Positions 9,174-18,246 of a DNA stretch of 40,226 nt are shown here, in pieces. The stretch is from Gammaproteobacteria bacterium (GTDB taxonomy: Bacteria > Pseudomonadota > Gammaproteobacteria > Steroidobacterales > Steroidobacteraceae). The notes under the pieces were generated by a model that did not search any database, had not been told where the DNA came from, and saw nothing but the letters and a program-made list of their open reading frames with translations. The stretch covers positions 1-40,226 of the forward strand of contig RGWK01000001.1 of the NCBI GenBank assembly GCA_010029775.1, given 5' to 3'. Position 1 is the first letter of the stretch; the number at the start of each line of letters is the position of its first letter. The translations under genes and the position numbers were made by a program.

Positions 9174-9203
9174 CCCCGCGGCGCGCTCGGAGTATCAGCG
9201 CGC

Positions 9204-10184
9204 ATGATCGGCTGTTTCCTGCTCGATGATCAGGGTCTGCAGCGACGAGTCGTTGCCGCCCAAGAAACCCTGCCGGAGGCTGCCCTCTGGATTGATCTGC
9301 TCGAGCCCGCCCCTGATGAAGAAGCGCAGGTGGAGCGCTTTCTCGCAGTCGATGTTCCGACACGCGAGGAGATGCGCGAAATCGAGTCTTCGAATCGGCT
9401 CTACGAGGAAAACGGCTCGCTCTACATGACCGCAACCGTGGTCACGAAGCTCGATACCGAGCGCCCCGAGAGCAGCCAGATCACCTTCATCCTCACAGCA
9501 AATCGACTGATCACCAACCGCTACGTCGATCTGCTGCCGTTTCGTCGCTACATTGCCTATGCAGAGCGGCATCGAAGCAGCTGCACCTCCGCCGCAGCCG
9601 TCTTGGCAGGGCTGCTCGAGGCGATGGTCAACCGGATCGCCGATGTGCTCGAGCGTATCGGCGGTGACATCGATGCCGTATCGGCCGAAGTCTTCACGCC
9701 ACCTCCGCCCGGGCAGCGACGGCGGCATACGCGCGATTATCGGCTGATCCTCGAGCGTGTGGGCCGCAATGGTGATCTGACCTCCAAGGCCCGCGAGACA
9801 CTCGCCAGCCTGACCCGACTGCTCGCATTCCTGCAGCAGTCCAACCATCCGTTGCTGACCCCGGAGGTGCGCAGCAGGCTAAAGAGCTTGGTTCGCGACG
9901 TGACGCAAATGAGCGACCACGCGACATTCCTCGGCAACAAGGTGCAGTTCATGCTGGAGGCCACGCTCGGCATGATCAATATCGACCAGAACAACATCCT
10001 GAAGATCTTCTCGGTCGCGACCGTCGTGTTGCTTCCACCGTCGGTGATCGGCGCGATCTTCGGGATGAACTTCGAATGGATCCCGACCTCCGAGCAACCG
10101 TGGGGATTCCCGGCCGCCCTGCTGCTTATGGTGGCGAGCGCCGCCCTGCCCTACTGGCTCTTCAAGCGCCGCGGCTGGCTCTGA
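9204..10184 (+). CDS. corA: CorA-family divalent metal ion transporter
   Basis: GMN signature (FGMNFEWIP) followed by a final TM helix and a basic C-terminus. Long cytoplasmic N-domain. Confidence 0.85.
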   Translation: MIGCFLLDDQGLQRRVVAAQETLPEAALWIDLLEPAPDEEAQVERFLAVDVPTREEMREIESSNRLYEENGSLYMTATVVTKLDTERPESSQITFILTANRLITNRYVDLLPFRRYIAYAERHRSSCTSAAAVLAGLLEAMVNRIADVLERIGGDIDAVSAEVFTPPPPGQRRRHTRDYRLILERVGRNGDLTSKARETLASLTRLLAFLQQSNHPLLTPEVRSRLKSLVRDVTQMSDHATFLGNKVQFMLEATLGMINIDQNNILKIFSVATVVLLPPSVIGAIFGMNFEWIPTSEQPWGFPAALLLMVASAALPYWLFKRRGWL

Positions 10185-10244
10185 GGACATCGCCTCGCAG
10201 CGGCCTTTACGCCCCTGCCCTTCGGAGAGTTAGGATAGGACTCA

Positions 10245-12539
10245 ATGAAAATCTGGCGCCGCTCAATCTGTCTCGGCAGCCTGCTGCTCGTACCGCTGGC
10301 GGCGCAGGCCAACAACCAGCACTTTGCGCTAGCGGCCACCGGACGCTTTGACGAACTCGCGCGCCTAATCGAGGCGGATGAGCAGGCCTCGGGCAAGCCG
10401 CTGCGGACGGCCGACCGCCATGCCTTGTGCTTCGCGTATTCAAAAATCAAACGCTACGACAAGTTGTTGCCCTGTCTCGACCGACTCGAAGAGCGGATCC
10501 GCGGGGGAGACCTACGCACCCGGCTGCTCGGCCTCGACGATGGCACGCCCACCGTACACGTCATGCGAGCCGATGCGTTGATCGAACTCGGCCAGTACGC
10601 CGATGCGATCGACGAAGCGCAGAAAGGGCTCAAGTGGCTGCGGGAGGCAGACAGCGACGATCTGGACATGATCGTTAACCTCATGGCCGCAGTCTCGCTC
10701 GCGGCCACGCTCGAGGGCGATCGTGAAGCCGGCGGCAACTACGCACGGGAGCTCGATGATTTCGAGCTCGGCCTGCTCGGCCGCGACTACGTCGGCACCA
10801 AGGCCATGGCGCTCGGGCGGGTGTACATGGCTCTCGGTGAGTTCGACAAGGCGGTCAAGGCCATCGAAAGCGATACCACCTTCGGATTACGCAGCTTCCT
10901 CGACAATCTCGTCAGTGGCGCAACGCTACGCGGCGTGAACAACTGGCTCTGGGCGGAACTGCCGCGCAACTTCATGATCACCAAGGCCTACTTCGAAACA
11001 GGCCGTATCGACGAAGCGCGCCAGGGCTACGATGAACTGCTTGGCATACCGCAGGTGCGCGCCAACGGCGAGATCTACTGGCAGCTACTTAGCGATCGCG
11101 CCCGCATCCACGAGCTCGACGGCGAGATCGACAAGGCGCTCGAACGCTACCGCGAAGCAGTCGAAGTGATCGAGCGACAACGCCTGAGCATCAACACGGA
11201 GACCAATAAAATCGGTTTCGTCGGTGACAAGCAAGCCGTGTACGGTCGATTGGTCGACGCGCTGTACCGCACTGGTCGCATCGAACAGGCCTTCGAGTTC
11301 ATCGAGCGCTCTAAGGCGCGCGCGCTGGTCGACCTGCTCGCCACCAAGAACGAACTCAAGGGTGCATCCCTGTTGGCACTCACGGAAGCGGATCGCCTGG
11401 CGATCGAGCAAGCCCCGGCCGACATGGATGCGCTGGCGAGCAGCGCACAGCGTGAAGCCGAAGCCGCGCGCCTGACCGCGGAGTTGCGCCGCAATGATCC
11501 GGAACTGGCTTCGCTCGTCACCGTCACCGCCGTGCCTATTGTCGAGATCCAGAGTCGCTTGCTCGTCGATGAAGTCGTGGTGCAGTACTACCTGAGTGGC
11601 GAGCAACTGTTCGTGGGCGCGGTGACAAAAGATGCTGTGAGCATGCAGCGCGTGGCCGCAGGAGACCTCGCGGCAAAGGTGCGCCGATTGCGCGTGACTA
11701 TTCAGGAGGACGAGGACGAGAATCGCTCTCGGGAGTACGCCAAGGAACTGTATGACATTCTGCTTGGACCCGTGCGCCCACTCTCAGCAGGCAAAAATCT
11801 CCTCATCGTTCCGCACGGTGTGCTGCATTACCTGCCGTTCGCAGCGCTGTACGACGGCAACGATTACCTGATGCAAAACACGCTGATCCGCTTCCTGCCG
11901 AGCGCGAGCACGATTCGCTTCCTGCGGGCCCCCTCCGGCACACAAAAAGACCCCGTGCTAGTGCTGGCCAATCCCGACTTGCAGGATACCTCGCTCGATC
12001 TGCCGTTTGCCGAGACTGAAGGCCGATACATCGCACAAAGCATCCCGTCCAGCGAGATCTTCGCGCGATCGCAAGCGTCGGAGGAAATCTTCAAGGCGCG
12101 CGCACCCACTTTCCGCATGCTGCACATCGCCTCGCATGGCGAGTTCAACGGGGCCGACGCCCTGCGATCAAGGTTGCTGCTCGCCAAATCGGGAGCGGAA
12201 GATGGTTCGCTGACCGTGGGCGATCTATACAACATGCGCCTCGACGCCGATCTCGTTACCCTGTCAGCCTGTGAAACCGGGCTTGGCAAGGTGCAGACCG
12301 GTGACGACGTGCTGGGGCTGACCCGTGGCTTCCTGTTTGCCGGCAGCAGCAATATCGTGGCGAGCCAGTGGAAGGTTGATGATCAGGCTACAGCTGTGCT
12401 GATGCAGTATTTTTATGCGAACCTCAGCCAAGGCAAGCCCAAGCGTGAAGCGCTGCGGGATGCGCAGCGCGAAACTCGCAAGACATATGCTCATCCGTTC
12501 TACTGGGCGGCGTTCTACCTCACGGGTCTCGGAGTCTGA
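10245..12539 (+). CDS. exported TPR-repeat CHAT-domain (caspase-fold) protease
   Basis: Signal peptide MKIWRRSICLGSLLLVPLAAQA and a TPR-like helical N-half. The C-terminal CHAT motifs are LHIASHGEF (His codon 12135-12137) and LSACETG (Cys codon 12270-12272), and the protein ends ...HPFYWAAFYLTG. Confidence 0.85.
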   Translation: MKIWRRSICLGSLLLVPLAAQANNQHFALAATGRFDELARLIEADEQASGKPLRTADRHALCFAYSKIKRYDKLLPCLDRLEERIRGGDLRTRLLGLDDGTPTVHVMRADALIELGQYADAIDEAQKGLKWLREADSDDLDMIVNLMAAVSLAATLEGDREAGGNYARELDDFELGLLGRDYVGTKAMALGRVYMALGEFDKAVKAIESDTTFGLRSFLDNLVSGATLRGVNNWLWAELPRNFMITKAYFETGRIDEARQGYDELLGIPQVRANGEIYWQLLSDRARIHELDGEIDKALERYREAVEVIERQRLSINTETNKIGFVGDKQAVYGRLVDALYRTGRIEQAFEFIERSKARALVDLLATKNELKGASLLALTEADRLAIEQAPADMDALASSAQREAEAARLTAELRRNDPELASLVTVTAVPIVEIQSRLLVDEVVVQYYLSGEQLFVGAVTKDAVSMQRVAAGDLAAKVRRLRVTIQEDEDENRSREYAKELYDILLGPVRPLSAGKNLLIVPHGVLHYLPFAALYDGNDYLMQNTLIRFLPSASTIRFLRAPSGTQKDPVLVLANPDLQDTSLDLPFAETEGRYIAQSIPSSEIFARSQASEEIFKARAPTFRMLHIASHGEFNGADALRSRLLLAKSGAEDGSLTVGDLYNMRLDADLVTLSACETGLGKVQTGDDVLGLTRGFLFAGSSNIVASQWKVDDQATAVLMQYFYANLSQGKPKREALRDAQRETRKTYAHPFYWAAFYLTGLGV

Positions 12540-12540
12540 G

Positions 12541-14514
12541 ATGTCACGATGGTTTGCGACTTTGCTGCTGGTGGCGAGCCTACTGCCCTCACCCGTGCGG
12601 GCGGAGACGCAGGAGCCGTTCAAGCACGCGCTGATCATCGGTGTGTCGATCTATCGTGACGAGGAAATCCCGCCGCTGTTCGGCGTACCGAATGATCTGG
12701 ACAGTGCCAAAGAAATCGCCGTGGCGATGGGTATCCCGGAAGGCAACGTCACGGAGCTCTTCAACGAACAGGCCACCAAGGATCGGATCATCGCGGAACT
12801 CGGCAAACTCGCTGCGCAGGCCTCGGACGGTGGGCGCATCCTCGTCTATTTCTCCGGCCACGGTACACGCTGGCGTGATCCAAACGCAGGCGGTTGCGTC
12901 GAGGGCTTGCTGACCTGGGATCGCAAGGTCATCGTCAATCGGGAGTTCGCCCAGTACGCCAAGCCGCTCGGCAGCAAAGCCGACAAGTTGATCATCATGT
13001 TCGACGCCTGCCACTCCGGCGGCATTGCGGGGATCCGCCGCAATACGCGCTCGCTAGGCGAGGAAAACGGCGGCCTGCGACCCAAGTTCTTCATGAAGGC
13101 CGATGAAACCGGTACGGCCTGCAATCGCCCTTCCAACGTGCGTACGCGCAGTCTCCTCGGTCAAAATACCGACGGCGTCGATGCACTGCCCGAGAACGTC
13201 GTGCACATCACCTCGGCACGATCCGATGAAGTCAGTTTCGACGAACCCAGTCGCGGCGGGCTCGCCACACAGGCAATGAAGAGTTGTTTGCTCGGTGCCG
13301 CCAAGGACCTGGATGGCAGCGGCGCCGTGACACTCGCTGAAGTAGAGCAATGTGCACAGGACTTCATCAGCACCAAGGTCGCCCGCTTCCCTGACCTGCT
13401 GCCGCATCACGTCAGCGTGACCGGCTTGCGCAACATGATCCCGGTCGCAGCTGCCGGCAAACCCACCCAGTCAGCAGCGCCCACGGCTGAAGCCGCGCGG
13501 CTCGAGCGCGAACGACTGCAACGCGAGCAGGCAGCGCTTGAGGAACAGCACCGCGCCGAGGAGCGGCGCGCGGCCGAGCAACGCGCCGAGAAGATTCGGC
13601 TGGAGCAGCAGCGCCTCGCGGCCGAACGCGCCGAAGCCGAGCGACTCGCCAAACTTGAACAGGAGCGACTGGCCCGCGAGGCCGAGCAGGCACGCCTCGC
13701 CCAACTCGAAAAGCAACGCCTCGCGCGTGAAGCTGAGATCACGCGCGTTGCCGAGGCAGAGCGCAAGCGGCTGGCTGCAGAAGCCGCCGCCGCCGAAGCT
13801 GCGCGGCGTGAATCCGAGCGACTCGCGCAGGTGGCCCGGGAGCGGCAACAACGCGAGGAGGCCGAACTGCGCGCCGAACAGGAGCGCCTGGCTGAGCTTG
13901 CGCGAGCGGCAGCCGAAGAGAGAAAGCGCCTCGCCGCAGCACAGGTCGCTCAGTCGGCAGCGGCGGCTGCGCAGACCACACCATCGGCCCCTGCGCCCGC
14001 ACCTGCCGAGCCACCACCCGTGTCGGCCATCGCGTCGGTTCAAAACTTGTACGACCAGCGTGATCCACGACGCACGCTGGCCGTCACCATGCCACGCAAG
14101 TCCTTGCGCATCGGGCAAGACCCCTTCGAGATGACGATCACCTCGAAGCACGACGGGCATGTCTACATTGTTCTGCTCGGCAGCGACCAGACGAGTTTCT
14201 ATCTGCTGTTCCCCAATGGCTTGGATGGCAGCAACAAAATAAAAGCCAACGTGCCCATGCGCCTGCCACGACCGAACTGGGGCGTGGTCGCCGGCGGCCC
14301 GCCCGGCACCGATCACGTGCTCGTACTCGTGACCGACAATCCGCGTGATTTGTCGGTGCTGAGCAGCAACGCCGCGAACGCCGAGGCGCCCTACACCTTC
14401 AAAGCGGCCGATGCCGGCGGTCGGCGCGAACTGATCAATTTCGTCATCGGCGAAGGCGTGCGGGGATCGCCGCGATTTGCCGCTGCCTGGCTCAAAGTGG
14501 AGGAAGTCCCGTGA
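12541..14514 (+). CDS. exported caspase-family (peptidase C14) protein with EF-hand-like loop, ER/K-rich helix and C-terminal DUF4384-like domain
   Basis: The ATG at 12541 lies 1 nt after the CHAT stop and opens a signal peptide MSRWFATLLLVASLLPSPVRA. The catalytic dyad is YFSGHG (His 12859-12861) and FDACHSGG (Cys 13009-13011). The C-terminus HDGHVYIVLLGSDQTSFYLLFPNG is typical of DUF4384. Confidence 0.85.
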   Translation: MSRWFATLLLVASLLPSPVRAETQEPFKHALIIGVSIYRDEEIPPLFGVPNDLDSAKEIAVAMGIPEGNVTELFNEQATKDRIIAELGKLAAQASDGGRILVYFSGHGTRWRDPNAGGCVEGLLTWDRKVIVNREFAQYAKPLGSKADKLIIMFDACHSGGIAGIRRNTRSLGEENGGLRPKFFMKADETGTACNRPSNVRTRSLLGQNTDGVDALPENVVHITSARSDEVSFDEPSRGGLATQAMKSCLLGAAKDLDGSGAVTLAEVEQCAQDFISTKVARFPDLLPHHVSVTGLRNMIPVAAAGKPTQSAAPTAEAARLERERLQREQAALEEQHRAEERRAAEQRAEKIRLEQQRLAAERAEAERLAKLEQERLAREAEQARLAQLEKQRLAREAEITRVAEAERKRLAAEAAAAEAARRESERLAQVARERQQREEAELRAEQERLAELARAAAEERKRLAAAQVAQSAAAAAQTTPSAPAPAPAEPPPVSAIASVQNLYDQRDPRRTLAVTMPRKSLRIGQDPFEMTITSKHDGHVYIVLLGSDQTSFYLLFPNGLDGSNKIKANVPMRLPRPNWGVVAGGPPGTDHVLVLVTDNPRDLSVLSSNAANAEAPYTFKAADAGGRRELINFVIGEGVRGSPRFAAAWLKVEEVP

Positions 14515-15050
14515 GAAGTGCAAGTCTGTTATCCGTATTCGTTGTTGCTGCGCTCTGCAGTCAACCGGCCTTTGTCCAAAACACGCCAAGTCAGACCCTG
14601 TCGGCCGAGGACATCATCAAGCAGCTCGCCCCGCCTGATCCGTCGGCAACGCCGGCGCCCGCCGCAGGGACCGAGGGCCGCACCCGATCCTTGCGCAATC
14701 TCAAACCGGTCGCGCGCAGCATCGACATGAGCATCAACTTCGAGTTCAACTCGGCCAAGATCACGGCGGACAGCCTGCCTGTGCTCGAGCAACTGAGCAT
14801 CGCCATGAAGGCCAACCAGCTGGCGCAAACCCGATTCATGGTCGAGGGGCACACGGACGCCAAGGGCAGCGCACGGTACAATCTTGAGCTGTCCGCACGA
14901 CGCGCCCAATCCGTCGTGACCTATCTGCAATCGCAAGGAGTTGAGGCTGTTCGGCTCGAATCGGTGGGCAAGGGGTTCACGGAACTGCTCAACAACACCG
15001 ACCCGCTCGCGGCTGAGAACCGGCGCGTGCGCATCAAGGCTCTGCCCTGA
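14511..15050 (+). CDS. OmpA-like peptidoglycan-binding protein, exported
   Basis: GTG start overlaps the caspase stop (GTGA). Signal peptide present. OmpA_C motifs: FEFNSAKI, VEGHTDAKGSARYNLELSARRAQSV, NRRVRI. Confidence 0.85.
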   Translation: MRSASLLSVFVVAALCSQPAFVQNTPSQTLSAEDIIKQLAPPDPSATPAPAAGTEGRTRSLRNLKPVARSIDMSINFEFNSAKITADSLPVLEQLSIAMKANQLAQTRFMVEGHTDAKGSARYNLELSARRAQSVVTYLQSQGVEAVRLESVGKGFTELLNNTDPLAAENRRVRIKALP

Positions 15051-15062
15051 GGATTATCAAAC

Positions 15063-15542
15063 ATGACCGCGCCGACTCGTCCGCTCACTGCGCTTGCCGT
15101 CAAGCTCATGGCGCTGTGCATCGCCACAGCCGCCACCGCCACTTGGGCGCAGGAACCGCTGATGCTCGTGACGGAGGCGGAAATGCAGGCCTCGCTCGCA
15201 GCACCCGAACCTCTCTTTCCGCGCTTTACGCCGGAGCCCGGGGCGCCGCGCATCCTGGTTGATGCACCCAAGCTCAATACCTCGGTGAGCTCACCGACCA
15301 CGCTCAAGCTGCGCTTTGAGCCGGAGACGGGCACCACCATTCGACCGGAGACTTTCAAGGTCAGGTATGGCTCATTGCGCATAGACATCACTGCGCGCAT
15401 CACCGGTTCGACCACTGTCACCGAACAAGGCTTCGCCGTCGACAAGGCAGCCCTACCCAAGGGACGGCACACGTTGATCGTCGCGATCGAGGATGGCGTC
15501 GGCCGGCTGTCTGAGCGACAGCTGCAGTTTGAAATTCTTTGA
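15063..15542 (+). CDS. small exported protein of unknown family (beta-rich, possibly Ig-like)
   Basis: Signal peptide ...ATATWAQEP. GC3-rich codons. Sits 12 nt after the OmpA-like gene and 13 nt before the S41 gene. I recognise no family motif. Confidence 0.6.
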   Translation: MTAPTRPLTALAVKLMALCIATAATATWAQEPLMLVTEAEMQASLAAPEPLFPRFTPEPGAPRILVDAPKLNTSVSSPTTLKLRFEPETGTTIRPETFKVRYGSLRIDITARITGSTTVTEQGFAVDKAALPKGRHTLIVAIEDGVGRLSERQLQFEIL

Positions 15543-15555
15543 TAAAGGACTGACC

Positions 15556-17292
15556 ATGATGACGAACTTGCGCGGTCCGCTGACCGCACTGGTCGCTGCC
15601 GTGCTGCTTGTCGCCTGCGGCGGCGGCGGTGGTGGCAGTGGCGGATCCGGAGGCGGCTCAACGACTTCGGTGCCGGGCGCTCCCACCAACATCGTGGTGG
15701 CAGCGGGAAACGGCACGGCGACCGTGAGTTTCACTGCGCCGCTCAGCAACGGCTCGTCGGCCATTCTCGATTACACCGCCACCTGTACAGCCAGCGGCGC
15801 CAACCGCACGGCGACGGGTACGGGCAGTCCGCTCACGGTCACCGGCCTCACCAACGGCACGAGCTACAACTGCACGGTCACGGCACGTAACGCCGTGGGC
15901 AGCGGAGCAGCTTCCACCGGCGCCAGCGTGACGCCGACCGCTCCCGTCACATCGTGTTCGGCGACGGATCGGAAGAACTGGGTCGTACAGCAGCTGCGCG
16001 AGTGGTATCTCTATCCGGAAACGCTGCCCACTACGGTGAATGTGGACGACTACGCCACCGTCGACGCCTTGATCAGCTTCATGACGGCCACGGCGCGGGC
16101 CCAAGGCAAGGATCGCAATTTCACTTACATCACTTCCATCGTCGAGGAGAACGCGTTCTTCAACTCGGGGGCCACCGCGGGTTTTGGCGTGCGTCTGTTC
16201 AGCGATACGGCAGCGCGCCGGGTCTTCATCACCGAAGCGTTCGAGAACGCGCCGGCTCTCACAGCCGGCATCGACCGACGCGACGAACTGCTTGGCATCG
16301 GCACGAGCGCTGCGAACATTCGCTCGGTAGCGGACATCATCAGCGCCGAGGGTGCCAGCGGCGTCACCAATGCGCTCGGCCCAAACACTGCGGGCACGAC
16401 GCGGGTTTTACGCGTCTCGGGACCTTCCGGCACACGCGATCTGACGGTCACCAAAGCGGATTACAGCATCGAACCGGTCTCGCCGCGCTACGGTGGCGTG
16501 ATCCTGCAGGATGGCACCAAGAAAGTCGGCTACATCAATCTGCGCACTTTCATTTCGTCGGCGAACGCCCGGTTGCGCGAGGAATTTCTGAAATTCCGCA
16601 ACGCAGGCATCACCGAGGTTATCGTGGATTTCCGTTATAACGGCGGCGGCCTCGTCTCCACCGGCGAGTTGATGGGCGATCTACTCGGCGGCAACCGATC
16701 CTCGGGCCAGATCTTCTCGCAACTGACGTTCCGCCCCGAAAAGTCATCGAACAACTCGGTCAAATATTTTGCGTCGCAACCGGAATCCGTTTCGCCAACC
16801 AAACTCGCCTTCATCGGCACGCGCTCAACCGCCTCGGCGAGCGAGCTCGTCATCAACGGTTTCATCCCGTATTTCAATGCGAACCTCGCATTGATCGGCG
16901 ACAACACGTTTGGCAAACCGGTCGGGCAAATCGCCGTCGATCGCACCGCCTGCGACGATCGCCTGCGAGTGCTCGCATTCACGACACGCAATTCGGCCAA
17001 CTCTGATGCCTACTTCAACGGCCTGGCAGAGGCTGTCAAGGCCAGCTGTCGCGCAGCAGACGATGTGACGCAGCCGTTGGGCAACGCCAGCGAAGCGTCA
17101 ACCCGACAAGCCCTCGACTATCTGGCAGGCAAGTCCTGCACGGCCATTCCCGTGAGTGCCGGTATCGCTGCGCTGACGGGTCGCAAGCAAGCGGCCGCCG
17201 CCGTCTTGCCGGAGATGGATACGCTCGAACTCGAGCCCTTGGTGCCCGACCAGCCGACGGTGGCACAACGCGAGATGCCCGGCCTGTTTTAA
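15556..17292 (+). CDS. lipoprotein with FN3-like domain and S41 (C-terminal processing) peptidase domain
   Basis: The ATG at 15556 opens a lipobox LLVACGGGG followed by a Gly/Ser linker. The FN3-like segment reads PGAPTNIVVAAGNGTATVSFTAP...YNCTVTARNAVG. S41 motifs are VIVDFRYNGGG, RSTASASELV and NTFGKPVGQ. Confidence 0.8.
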   Translation: MMTNLRGPLTALVAAVLLVACGGGGGGSGGSGGGSTTSVPGAPTNIVVAAGNGTATVSFTAPLSNGSSAILDYTATCTASGANRTATGTGSPLTVTGLTNGTSYNCTVTARNAVGSGAASTGASVTPTAPVTSCSATDRKNWVVQQLREWYLYPETLPTTVNVDDYATVDALISFMTATARAQGKDRNFTYITSIVEENAFFNSGATAGFGVRLFSDTAARRVFITEAFENAPALTAGIDRRDELLGIGTSAANIRSVADIISAEGASGVTNALGPNTAGTTRVLRVSGPSGTRDLTVTKADYSIEPVSPRYGGVILQDGTKKVGYINLRTFISSANARLREEFLKFRNAGITEVIVDFRYNGGGLVSTGELMGDLLGGNRSSGQIFSQLTFRPEKSSNNSVKYFASQPESVSPTKLAFIGTRSTASASELVINGFIPYFNANLALIGDNTFGKPVGQIAVDRTACDDRLRVLAFTTRNSANSDAYFNGLAEAVKASCRAADDVTQPLGNASEASTRQALDYLAGKSCTAIPVSAGIAALTGRKQAAAAVLPEMDTLELEPLVPDQPTVAQREMPGLF

Positions 17293-17320
17293 TCGAGCAG
17301 GCGCACGCGTCCCGGTGCGG

Positions 17321-18246
17321 TCAGCGCAGCGATTCGACTAACACGTCGGCCAGATCTGCAATGAGTCGCAGCCCCGGGTTGTCGGGCGAGTAGTCGATCT
17401 CCGGCATATCGTCGACCGTGATGGCGAGGGCCACGCGTCCCTGCGGCGTGTAGACGATCCCCACGTCACTGCGCAGCGCATCGAGCCCGCCCGACTTGCT
17501 GAGCACCCGAGAGGCGCCCATGCGGCGCCCAATGCCATCCTTGTGTTTCTGTCGCTCGAGCATGTCGAGCACGATGCGCGAGGATTCCGCATCGACCACC
17601 TTGCCCTGCTCGAGCAGGGTGAGCAGAGTCACCATCTCTCTCGGCGTCGATGAGCCGATGCCGAAACGCTTGTTCGCTTCGATCGATCCGGCGCGGCTCC
17701 AACCTTCAGCAGGCTTCAGTTGCGTGCCGTCACCGCGGACTTTACGCATCGAGCGCGTGACCGGCAGGCCAAGCTCGTCCATGTAGTCGTTGACGGCATC
17801 TGCCGAGATGCGATCGAGAATCAGGTTGGTCGTGGTGTTATCGCTGACGGTAATCATCAGCATGGTCGCATCGCGCAGCGCCAGCGTCTTGCCTGCCGAA
17901 AGATCTGCCGCGACACCGGAGCCAGACACCTTGTCCTGCTCACGAAGCAGCAGGGGCTCATCCCACGAGACCTTCCCCCGCTTCACCAGCATCGCCACGG
18001 TGCAGGCGATCGGCAGTTTGATGGTGCTCGCCGTCCGCACGGGAACGTCGGCACGTACGCCGAACTCGCTGCCCGTGTCGAGGTTACGAGCGTACAGCGA
18101 TACGCTGCCGCGAAAACCCTCTGTAAGCGTGGCGACCCGCGCCGCGAGGGCGGTCGATGATGATGTAGCGTCGGTCTGCGCTGCTGCCGCCCAGGGCGAC
18201 AGCAGCGCAACCGCTGCAATGACGAGCCCGCCGAGTCGACTCAGAA
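17321..18246 (-). CDS. class A beta-lactamase-like serine hydrolase, exported; non-canonical start
   Basis: Motifs STIK (SxxK), SDN and KSG are present. The frame stays open upstream of the track's GTG (18040) and encodes a signal peptide SRLGGLVIAAVALLSPWAAAAQ. No ATG, GTG or TTG occurs before the in-frame stop at 18320-18322. The only plausible start is CTG at 18244-18246, overlapping the receptor stop (CTGA). Confidence 0.7.

Noticed and set aside
13407-14589. Several long minus-strand ORFs (13471..14589, 13407..13766, 13412..13693) and alternative plus-frame ORFs over the caspase gene
   Set aside because: They are produced by the GAG/CGC/GCC-biased repeat DNA that encodes the ER/K helix. 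Their translations are Arg/Ser/Ala low-complexity, while the plus frame has the intact caspase and DUF4384 domains.
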